Positions 42,701 through 54,700 of a DNA stretch of 64,000 nt are shown piece after piece. The stretch spans positions 11,842,001-11,906,000 of the forward strand of contig JBITNC010000002.1 in assembly GCA_050084985.1 (NCBI GenBank). Reading direction: 5' to 3'. The translations under genes and the position numbers were made by a program. Below the pieces are notes generated by a model. That model ran no database searches. It worked only from the letters and a program-made list of their open reading frames with translations, and was not told the DNA's origin. Origin of the DNA: Nageia nagi. Taxonomy: Eukaryota > Plantae > Pinophyta. Each line of letters opens with the position of its first letter. Position 1 is the stretch's first letter.

Positions 42701-45700
42701 TGATGAGAATTAAGTTGTAAATAAGTTATCGTTTGCAAGTATTTGAATTTAAAAATAGAAGTGAGTGAACATATTACATATACACTCCAAAGTTCAAATT
42801 GAATTTGAATAAGAGAGCACATACCTATTTTGGCTAAAATTGAACGTCTGAATCCTTCAAAAAAAGATGTCTAGGAAGACAATCTGTTATGAGGTTCATC
42901 ATGAAATACTAAGGCATTTCGTTAGCAAATCTCTACAACATGAAGGAATCTCTCCTATCATAATATACTAACCATAGTCGCTAAACTTGGACTCAGCAAA
43001 TACTAAGTAAGCCTTTAGCTCAGTAAAAAATCAGTCTCAGTGAAAACAGAAAAAAAACCTTGCAAAAAATTCAGAAATAAAATATTGAATTTTATAACTC
43101 AATAAAGCTTGTGACTCACTGTAGACACATAAAAGAAATATTTATTTATGTCTACAAAAGAAAATAGATAAATGGATAATTGCAATATAAAGATCTAATC
43201 AATTAGGATTTTGAAAATTGAAAAGCAGATATACAGAGAACTTAGTTAGATGATGAGGGGTTGTGAATTTGCTAGCAGACAACTTGTGTTCTTGGAGCTA
43301 GATCCTAGTTGTAATCGATCCTAATGATTCTGTCAATGATGATTTTGTATATGATAATTCGGAAGATGATCTTGTTGACGATGATATGAGATTGACATAT
43401 GGATGATTTGGAACAACAATGTTCAGTCATGAGGATCGTCAAGGCTTGAGACAAGAACATTCATGTTCTCAGCCTATGATACAAGAGTAATGGATGTTCT
43501 AGGCCAGCATGACGTCTGGGTGCCAGAACGTAAACATCTAACCTAGATGCCCATTTGATATATGCCTCACCCCTTCAACCACTTTGGATAATATAATGTC
43601 ACGGAGATGATTCAAGATAAAGTTTATGAGTCTTCTACTTTCTCTGTAATGATCACTTGGGAGTGCTTTATATAGGATTTGCAAATTTAATTTTGACTTC
43701 ATCTAGGTGGATCAACTTAGAGTAATGTGTGTAAAGATAACGCTAAAATAGATGAAATTACTTACGTTATTTCAAAATAACCCCAAGTGCATCAAAGAAT
43801 AACATTTTACCTAAATCAAATACAACACTTTGATAAAAATACATGTTAAATAGCCAAAATACAAATTTAAGTGTTTACATTGTCTAAAAACCTTGATAAA
43901 AGCATGCGAGTCAACTATAATGTGAGTAGTCAAATTTTGATCAACTCGGCAAGATTACTCATGAATGTTCACCAAACTTTGAGAGTATGACTACTATGGT
44001 ACTAACAAATGGAAGAGAAAAACCCTAGTAGGATATTGATATACGTTGATGGAGGTCATCTTAAGGCGATGCTGTGGAAGCTGAAGAACATCCTTGAAAG
44101 CTAATTCAACAAGTCAAAAACAACATACGGCAGTATAACTTGTATTTTAACAATTTCTAGGTTGAGAGAGTTGAAGAGATCAATTAACAATATATAGGGC
44201 CCAATGCTTCCAACTTGATCATAATGACCATAGACTCTGTACTCACATTGCTTAAAAAATGAAATGCCATTATATTTATTATCAAAAATTGTGTTTTACC
44301 ACAGACACAAGCGAAATAGTTATCAATTTCAACACTTAACTTTTCATTTGAAATTATTTGCTATTTGTCAATGTTTTGCATGCTAAATCAGAAGACGAGA
44401 AGAGGAAATACCTGGGCAGTCGCTGGTAAAGTTTTCATTTGAGAATCAACATGACTGAGTGCTGACTTGAAGTGCTCAATGTCGAGTTGTATTTTCTCAC
44501 CACGTCCACGTTCTCCTGCTCCCTCCAGCAGTTTTACTATATTGCTCATATGTTGTCTTTCCATATAAATATCTATCTGAGGATATCTCAACCGGATATC
44601 CTTTATAACATCATTGATTTCATCCAAAGTTAGGATGCCAGAATTATCCTTGTCTGCCATCTTGAATATGTGGGATATGTCTTCCTGCAATTTACAAAGC
44701 ATTAAATTAATTAACATGAAACAAGAAGAAGAACAACTCCTAATTTGTTTACTATTTTGAAAGACATCAACACTCAAAGCAATATAATTATATAATATCC
44801 ATTCAATATTTGTTCAAAAATCCTAAAGACAAAGTCTAAATCAATACTTTGTATTACCACTTTATGATTCATGATAATCCAAGACATATTGTATTCACAT
44901 ATAGGCAGCATTTTCGGTATTATGCACATACCAAAATAAGACTGAGTTGGCAGAAGACCTACGCCAGTTTTGGGACCTTGCAGTGAGAGACTTTGCTTTC
45001 AAAGAATCCAAAAACACATGAATCCCTATCAAGCAAAGAAAGAATAACTGGCAACTACAGTATTAAGCATGTCTTTGAGCATGTTGCTACCAGGACTTGA
45101 AGAGGCACAAGGAAAAGAGACAGTATGATGCCAAACGACAGCCAATACCTTTATATGAAGCATGACTAGCAAAAGAGAGAAAGAACATGGAAGGGAGCAT
45201 CAACAAAAGGTGAATACATGAATTTCAAAATGAAATAGCATTACAATTCCTTGATAACTGATATATTGAATTTTTTGAAAGAGTCTTGAGAAGATAATAG
45301 TGCAATGACTATCAACCAAAATTGAAAAAAGAGATCCATGACACAAGTGAATGGGAAAAATGACGTTGTTAGATAGACAATTCTCAATATGAGAATTGCT
45401 GGTATCGACTAACAATTGTCAAGCAAAAATGAAAGGAAAGTTGACAAGGAGAGAGTAAATAGTGGAATGGTTGTCAAAGAGAGTGTTGAAGGCAAAAGGA
45501 ACAACATGGACTAGAGAATTGGCAATGGAAGGGCCATTAGCAACAAAGTAAAGGTTGATAACCGAAGGAGTGCCAACTGTTACCGCCTCTTTTGCCTCCG
45601 CAAAAAGAGACCCAATTTAAATATTTTTAATGATTTTTTTTTTTGTTTTTGATGAGAAAGCCACCCCTTTTGCAAGGAGAAGAAATCCATGGAATTAGAT

Positions 45701-48700
45701 TCCACGACCAAGGGGTATCCATGCCATCAAAATCCACAAGGGTACGATCCCGGCCTCGTCCGCACCTACCATCAACTCGATAGGTTTTGGGTATGTTTCA
45801 ATTTAATAAAGTTTTTGGCTAAAATAAGACTTTAGAAATTTTAAAAAATCAATAAAAATTAAAAATGACAAAAATAAGTTTTTGGTCTTCATTTTTAAAT
45901 CATTTTTATTCCACGTTTTAGTAAAAGTTGAGTGCAAAGTCCAAATTAGCTTCTAATTTCGTGTTGAATGTGAAGTCCAAATTAGCTTCTAATTTCGTGT
46001 TGAGTGAAAAGTCCAAATTAGCTTCTAATTTCTTGTTGAATGAAAAGCGAAGTTAGCTTTTGATTTCATGTAATCCGAATCGAAAGCTAAGTCTTGCTTT
46101 CAATATCGATTCCTGCATATCCAAGTCGAAGTCTTAACCTTGACTGTCTTGTCTCTGGTTTTGATCTCATTCCACCCTGCAAACCAAAACAGGTGAGAGA
46201 GAGAACTGCAATCTGCGGTGCACCCAAGATTATTACAATTGAGAATGATAGCATGGATATGCTTGCCCTTCCGTAAGCTTTCCTTCTGAATGCAGCATGA
46301 TAAAGGGTGGGTATGTTACGATGCTACAATATGAAAAAAGGAAATATTGCAGAAATGAAACAAATATGGAATTGAAACAGGAAAATGACAAGTATCTATT
46401 GCAGATAACAGAGCATGCGCTGGTAAATAGAACACGAAAGAGCATCAATAAGCAGATAAGTATAGGATTTTACTGAATGGTAATAGAATCACAGGCCGCT
46501 TCAAGGGGGCTTCGTCCTTACAACTCCAAAGGCGAAAAATAATGTTCCAGATGCCTTTCTCCACACACTTCTATCTATTTATATTAAACTAACCCTAACC
46601 CTAATAGTAATGCAAAATCGGGCCCCACCCTTACAATCACAATATTACAATATATGCCAACAATTTAATAAAATACTGATACTAACACTAAAATGTTAGG
46701 ATGTGGGATCCTAACAGGGTATAAGCAGAGGAGTCAGTGATGCATATGCAGAGATACACCACCTCATGGACTGAAATGATTACATGAAATGCAACGGAAT
46801 AAAGATACACATTACTCTTTGTGCTCTTCAATGTATATGCAACTCCTTCAGACCTTCATCGCTGACAATGCCATTGCAAAGGACAAGCTCCTGCATTCAC
46901 ACATCAATCACATTGCACCTACATTTGACTTATCCCTGCACGAGTTTCTGCATGACATACTCATCCATGTATGTTGACTGCGCAAGTCTGGCAGCCATCC
47001 ACGTACTGTTCGACGAAATGTAACAGAGAATCACCATCTCATGGAATTCAATGATTTCAAGATACAACACAAAGTGGTGTTCTGCCCAACGAAGTCAACC
47101 TTTTCAGTGTTGTTCCTGCATTTGCACACTCTAAGAGTCATTGGAAGAAGGGCGTGTTTATATCCATTGAAAAATAAGTAGTAACAGTTCTCACTTGGAT
47201 GTCTTCGTGGCAAATAACCTGATCAATCAAGACATGTATGCTATGTTTGGGAATACGCACAAAGTCCTGTACTGTTTGACAAAATGCAACTTACATGGAA
47301 CAAGGATTAGCTCCCTTCACGAAATGAAACGGAATAGAAGTGGCAATCTACAACAGAAGCACCCCACTCTCTACGCTCTTCAATGTGTCTTCAATTCTTG
47401 CAGACCTTCATCACCAACAATGTCCTTCCAGAAGGAAAGTTCATTCACTCATCAATCACATCAGATTTGAATTTGATCTGTCTACACGCAAATTTTTGCA
47501 AGACTGACTTTTCCATATGTATGCCAACTGGGTTACCAAACATGGCTTTCCTTGACATGCATCAATACTGTTTTACCAAATGCAGCGAACAGCAGCACTA
47601 ACCTAACCAGACCAATTCACCTTTCCCAGCATCCTCAAAGCATGCACCGAACTTGTAATTTTGCAACAGGGTTTATGCATATATCAAAGACTCTTTAAAA
47701 ATGGAATTCTGTCACATGTTGTGGTTGTGAATATCCTGGTATGCGAAATGTGGAAGCTTAGAGAAGGTAGGCAAATTGTTTGACAAGATGTTGATGCAAA
47801 CACAGTTTCATGAAACGCAATGAGCATAGGATTCGCACAAAATGATTACGTTAAAAGGGCCTTTTACGCAGATGCAATTGTCAAGTGTAACGCCAAATTC
47901 TGCAACCTTTGCCACCATCCTTCCGTGAAAAGGCCCATGTACTGTTTGACCAAAAGCAGTAGAGAAACACAATCCCATGAATATGTGCACTGCGCTTCAA
48001 AAGCAGCGTTCTGCCCACCAATTCACCTTTTCTATTGTTATTCCTGCAATTGCCAGATCAGCATCATTGGAAGCAGGTCTTATTATCCGTCCAAAAATAA
48101 TTAGAAGGGGTTTTCATTTGGATGCCATTGTAACGAATAATCTGATACGCATGCACGCATAATATTCTTGGCATCGTAAGCCGCTCCACACTTCTGGATG
48201 TTACAGCACTGCACTTTCGCTCAAGAGAAAATACACGATTAAATGGTCATCAATATGGTTTCAAAGAGAGCTGAACGCAATAACCATCCACATCGCTTTT
48301 CCTTTGGTTATACGATTTTTCTTTTGGGGTTGATAAATTAATCTGCCTAGAAAAGTAAAGACAGTATTCTCAAGCAAATAAATTTTACCTTGAATGGAGA
48401 CCACAGCCATCGTATGGACGCTTTCATGTGGTCCTTCGCTGCGGAAATGGAACCTCGCGTTTTCTAGCGAACAATTTATTTAGAGAAGTATTTGACTACC
48501 ATGATCATGTAGTCGTATTGCAGACAGGTGAGGATATGCGCAGAATGGGTTTCACAAAGACCCGCGCACTGCCTGACAACAACAGCAGAGAGGCCCGCGC
48601 AATATACAACAGAGAGAACAAAGGCTTGCGAGCTGCTTGATAACACACCGCAGAAGACAGTCTCGTAAAATCCAATGATTACTTGATGTGCACAGAACGC

Positions 48701-51700
48701 GTTTCAAAAGGAGACGCTAAAGGAGAAGCAGTGCTGTATCGAAACGATTCACATTTGCCTATGTTGTTGTGCTATGTACCAGCTCAGCATCCTTGTAAGA
48801 GTATGTTGATAGCCATGAAAATTAATAAAAAAGGTTTTTCACTATTACCAGAGCAAGAGAAAGGATAAAATATTTGCCACCGTAGTGAGAAACTGGCAAT
48901 TGCTTTTGGGCTGGTAAACACATCCTTTGCACAACCATTCGAGTTGTGAAGAACCTTCGAGTATGTGGTAGTTGCCACTCCGCAACAAAGTTTCTGTCCA
49001 AAATCGTTGCAGTAAAATTCTTGTAGGGGATGCCAACCGTTTACATCACTAAGGATGGACAGCGTTCATGGTTGATTACTTGTGATTTTCTAAAGGATGT
49101 TTGCTGCGGGAATATAATTAAGCTTTCTCACGCAAATGACTTATTTTATCAAAACCTCCATTACTACTATCCTGTAGTTGTATGCAGGCTAGCAAGGCGT
49201 GCCTACTATTTGACAAAATGCAGCAGAGAAACGTCATCTCATGGAAGTCTAACGATTATATGATGTGCAACAGGAGGAGACCTATGTACAAATTGATTCT
49301 TATTGGTCCTATGCCTATTATTACATAATGACACCATGGCTTGCAAAATATTCACCTTGTCCTGAAGGATTAGATGAATCATGTCCTACAATCGGCCATT
49401 CAGGGAATTTCAACAAGTTCCAAGTGAGTACCTGTGCTTGTGTTTGCACTTTTGACATACGGAATTGCAGCATCACCAAGTTTATCCATCCTTGTGATCT
49501 TGGCTGATGCCACTTAGGGTCGATCTCATTGCAATTTAATTGGATCATTAACAGAGCTGGATTAAGGCCTGGTGCAGCTTCTTTTCTTGAGGACTTAATG
49601 AGGATGACAGTATCATTATGTGTGAGTCTGTTGGAGTTAATGTTAATTCATTGATGCTTCCTTTGGTCATGTAGGCACTTTTAACAACAAAGACTCTTGG
49701 TGATGTATTTAATAGGAGTGTTTATGATTATATTGTTCATCTAAAGGGGCTCCCATACATGTGGGAAGATATGTTCCTTATTTGAGAAGTTATCAAACAG
49801 CATGAAAAGCCGCTGCCTTAAAAGTGGGCCATGAAGGCTTTCACAAGTCCTATTTATCCCAACATATGTGCAAGATGAGAAGCTCCCTCGCAGGATGCAA
49901 AAATCTTTGTTGTGGCAGTTGAGCTTGAAGATCATGAAAAACATATTTGCCATGAAAGGTTTTGTCCCAAAAAAGTTGACTCGCAAACATCTGAAATTAT
50001 ACCCTTCAGCCATGGCTAATGAAGTGGATGTAAAGAATGCAAGCTTAGGTATAATGAAGAGATGATAGATATTCATCTGAAGCATTGCAAAGAGGTTCTG
50101 CTGTACTTTATAGAGGCTACACATTGAAATTTAATCAGCAAAGAGAAAGACAAGCAGGAAAACGAAATCCTATTTCGGCATCCGAAGATGATATGCGACT
50201 AAAATTTATAACCTGGTTCAATGTACAATGCCAAAATAGGGAAGTATTAAACCTTTTGATTTCGATGTTTATATAAAATCAGAATTCAACTTCAAATTAT
50301 GTAACAATGTGTTTTCTTTTACAAAGATCAATTAGTGCATCTAATTTAAGAACTGTTATTCTTGTCAGGATTGAAGAAGGCAAGGCTGAAAGATCTCAAA
50401 ACGGTTCAAGAAACATTCGCCTTACAGACACATCCAAGACAGAGGTAACCTATTGATTGAAAAATATGAAAGCAAACTCATTGAAGAATATGACACCCAT
50501 GGGGCAAAGATCGGCCTTATTGACACAAGAACAATAGGGATTATGCATGATGATGCGTTTGATCTGATGTATTATTTGCTAAGCTCTTGCATAATTTGCA
50601 GAGATTAATAAGATTCAATTTTTATTAAGTAAATTATTATAAATAAATCACAACTTGCTTCTAATAGATAATGGACTACAAAACATGCGTTGCAGTTAAT
50701 TTGTGCTTTACAACATATAAATTCTATAAAGAAAGCAAAATAACGGACCATTATCTTGCGCTGGATTATGGTTGCACAGTCACCAAGTGCGTATACATCA
50801 GTGCATCCTTTAACTCTTAACCATTCATCCATTGCTAGAACTCGCCTGTCTGTCTAAATTATGATTTGCAAATTCCGACATTATTCAAATCTACGATAAT
50901 GTACATCTAATAGTGCAACAATGAATCAATAACGGTTAAAATAGAGATAGATGTGCAAATTCATTACAAAGGGAAAACCATAAAAAGGTGAAATTCTCAG
51001 AAGCACGCAAACAAAAACCAAACCTGGCCGATTTTTTCCATGAACTGGGAAATAACAGGACGAGTCCCAATGCCAGTAGACCACACAATCATACCATATG
51101 TGACAGATAATTCCTTATCATTTCCTTTCCTTCATTCTAATTTGTTTTTCAGTTACCTCAACCACACGGCATCCTGTTTTAACTTCAATGCCATCCCTCT
51201 GGAACTTTTGTTCGGCAAAGCTACTGATTCGTTGATCAAACCTACAAATGCATTGGGAAGGAGAATATGCAATAAGCAACAAGTTACAGCTGATGCATAG
51301 ATTACCAAAGCTGATTTGAGAACATTTTAACTTGTAAGCACAAAAATGGAGGAGGACAACAATCAAACAAAAAGTAGATACTAGTAAACAAATAAGTTCA
51401 CTCTCCTGTATAATATTATTTGGACAAGAAGAGACTGCAATTTAAATCTTATGCTGAACTAAATACAAAATGATAAGAAAACAAAAAGCGCATCCTTCTA
51501 AACAAGTAAGTCCCACCCTACAGTTTGATAGTAGTGAGACATGAAGAGACTAAAATTTGTAGCTTATATTGAAGTTTTGGACCAAATACAAAATGATAAG
51601 AGGAAAGCACCTGCAGAGCAAAACTCACTCACAACAAGAAGGATTCACACAACGAAAATTGATTAAGGAATAATTCCATGAACCTTTGATGTTGAAAGCA

Positions 51701-54700
51701 GAATGCTCCATGTGCAGATAAAGTCATAATTGCAGAGATCTTTTTGTACAACTTTCAAAACTTTGCTCAAAATCTAGACGCTCCACAAAATCCACATGAC
51801 AGAGATCAAAGAACTAATTGTTCTATTTGAGGAAGGTAGACCTTGTGCAAAGAAATCTGTTCAAAACACTTGTTGTAGAATTTCCACAACGAAGATATTG
51901 CTGCACATTGAACATCTTGCTACATAGGACCAACAAGCTAGAGGAAGAATTTAGAAGATGGTTTTGTGATAGAATGGGAAGAGATTGGGGCAAGGTTGAG
52001 CCCACATCCCAAATGGAATTTGAGACAAATGTGGATGTACGAAGCCTACTAACACAAGGAGATCTTACACCTTTTCTATAGAAATGTATAGGCTGACCCC
52101 AGAATCTCCAAGGAAATCCACAGTTCTTGGAAAGATGGGATAGTCAATATAGGTCGACTTCAATTTGAAATCTCCACCAAATATATTGTTGCAACTTGCA
52201 ACTCAATTGCATGCTATCCGCAGATGGTTAAGATGAGAACAAAGGGCTCAACAGAATGACATCAGTCTGTTAAAGGAACCTGAAGAAGGTTTGGTTCGAT
52301 GCCAAAATGTTACCTTACTACCACAATCTTGGGACCGGCTTGTGACAGCAATTCTCACGGATGTGATGCTGTACGGGGATACACCTCAATGTTTGCATAC
52401 CACTTAGTATTTCTCAACCACTTCCATAGAAATAAGGCAGTTTCCTTCCATTACATTCTCTTCCATTCCATTGAGTATTCTATTTCTTTGTTTCAAGCCA
52501 AGAAAATTGAATTCCCCTTTCACCAAGGCCCTCTAGATATTCTATGTTGTCATGCACTGGATAATGCTCCACCCAACCCTTCAGCCTTAAGCGCCACAAG
52601 AAGAGAACCCTTCCTCTCCTTCTATCACAGCTAAGTCACACCTTAATCGCAATAAGAATCTTGGTAAGAAGCAACCTTCCCCCTTCCCCCCTTCTTCCAT
52701 TCAAAAAAGCAAGTGCTACTTGCTTAAGAAGCTAAAATCTACCCCTTCACCTTCCACCCATCCTTCGCCTCCTCCCCCCTCCTCTGCCTCCCCACTTTAA
52801 TTATGTTTTGTTAAAGTCTTTTAGCACTATTAGTGGATTCACTGCTATTTTGTAACTCTTCTTCAACATACTTGTAAGAACTATTGTACATACAGGTTTT
52901 TGGGTTCCTGTCAAAAACCCCTAATATATAAGTAAACCTTACCAAAAAACAAGAGGTATATCCAGTGCGATATTTCCTCTAGGATATGAGCTTGAAAATA
53001 CTTGTCCAGTCTCCTTGACCCTGATGGCCAGTAGGTCATATGTGAGCATATGATGATATTCAGTACCTTTCACCTCTTGGGTATTAGTATGAATAAGGTA
53101 GTTTAGGATGATAACAAATCAGGACAACACAGTGTTTAGCATCAATACCAGATCATCATCAACACATAGCAGACATGGGAGTTCCTTTAGAAAGTGATTT
53201 GGCACAAGTATGGCCTTACCAAGGTCAACATCTCTATATGGTTAGTTGCAAAAAATAAAAAACTTAAATCTTGGATAATATGAAGAAGCATGGCTCTAAC
53301 AAGCGATGTACATGTGTGTTCTAAGAGGCAACTGAAGATTTTACTAACTAGATCCTCCCTATCAATTTGCAAGAGCGTTGAAGCCACCTTCAAAGCCAAG
53401 TCTGCAAGAGCGTTGAAGAAAGCGTTAGAACCTGGCCAATACAAGTAGCAAATGAATTAGACTGAGAAAGAAAGAAAATAGGGAAAATATCCAAAATACC
53501 CCTATATTTTAACCTCATATCAAAAATACCCCTATAATTTTGAAAATATCAGAACTACCCCTATTTGCGGATTTATCCATATTGTGAACCCTGCTACAAC
53601 CCCATTCAAATCCCACCAATGCCTCTATATGGACTTGAACATGTAATATCCAAAATACCCCTCCATCCAATTAAACTGTGAATATTCGAATATGTGCATT
53701 CACTGCAACAAAGTTAATTGTAAAAGCTATTGTACAAGGGTACAATAATAAATATGCATTTGAAGGTGTGCAATAATATATCCACATCTATCAATTGCAA
53801 TAATTAATACAAGGCTTCATGCGGACTTTGAAGAATCCTGACAGCAATTTGACTATTCCAAATCTATAGACGTTAGCAGGGAGTTTGCCCTACCAAACAC
53901 AGTCACTGCGTATATGCAGCCGATACAGAGAGGAAAGCTGCTTCAGTCATTAGGCTGCATGCTTGCAATCGATAAAACGTATTTTCAGTGATTGCATACA
54001 TCAAAAATACCCCGGAAATGCTTAAAGTGGCACCTCATGCTATTCCCACAGTTGAGGAGTAGAAGCTCTGGGTTTGCTGGCAAATTTTTGATATTTCTTT
54101 AAAAGGTGTAGGGGTAGTTTTGATAGTTTTAAAATTACAGGTGTATTTTTGAATTAGGTTAAAATATAAGAGTATTTTAGATATTTTCCCAAGAAAATAT
54201 ATTAATGTCCACTTGTGACCAAAAGCAGTCAATGGAACTTAAGTATACATAGTAGGTGTGATAGCAAGTTGCGGTTCAAACTGAGATCCCCACTAAAGCT
54301 AAAAAAAAAACATTAAGAAACAAAGACATAGAAAGCTACACAATGGATTGAAACCCTAAAAGCAAGATAAAAAACAAAATTAAAAGCAGCATTATTTGTT
54401 GAGCTAGGGAGAGTGTAATGATGCTCTTAATGGAGATGTTGCATTGAGGTATCTCTAATCACAAGAGTTAGCACCAATGTCCACTCTGAAGACAGATGTA
54501 ATTTGGGTATCAAGTAGGCGCCTCCTTGTGCGTCAAACAGGAGGGCCAGATGTCTCTCATCCTCCTGCATGACCCCTCCTCCGAGATGGGCTAGAAGAAG
54601 GATGTGATGCAGCGGTTGCTGCTTGGATGTTGGGTGTAGGATAAGAGGCATTTCCGAAGAAAGAAAGCCTCCCGCATATAAAGTGTCACACATCACTTAT

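Noticed and set aside
45927-46070. CRISPR-like 36-bp palindromic repeats
   Set aside because: The units are contiguous with no unique spacers, there are no cas genes, and the context is eukaryotic.
46590-46603. Telomere-like taaccctaacccta
   Set aside because: Only two units, inside a solo LTR; at most a telo-box-like motif.
46740-49085. Functional nested DYW-PPR editing factor
   Set aside because: No long ORF, scrambled motif order, the zinc-binding His is replaced and the terminal Trp is lost.
53806-54080. Exon of a real phytochrome gene
   Set aside because: Stops and frameshifts, no GAF/PHY/kinase sequence nearby, and it is enclosed by MULE TIRs and a TSD.
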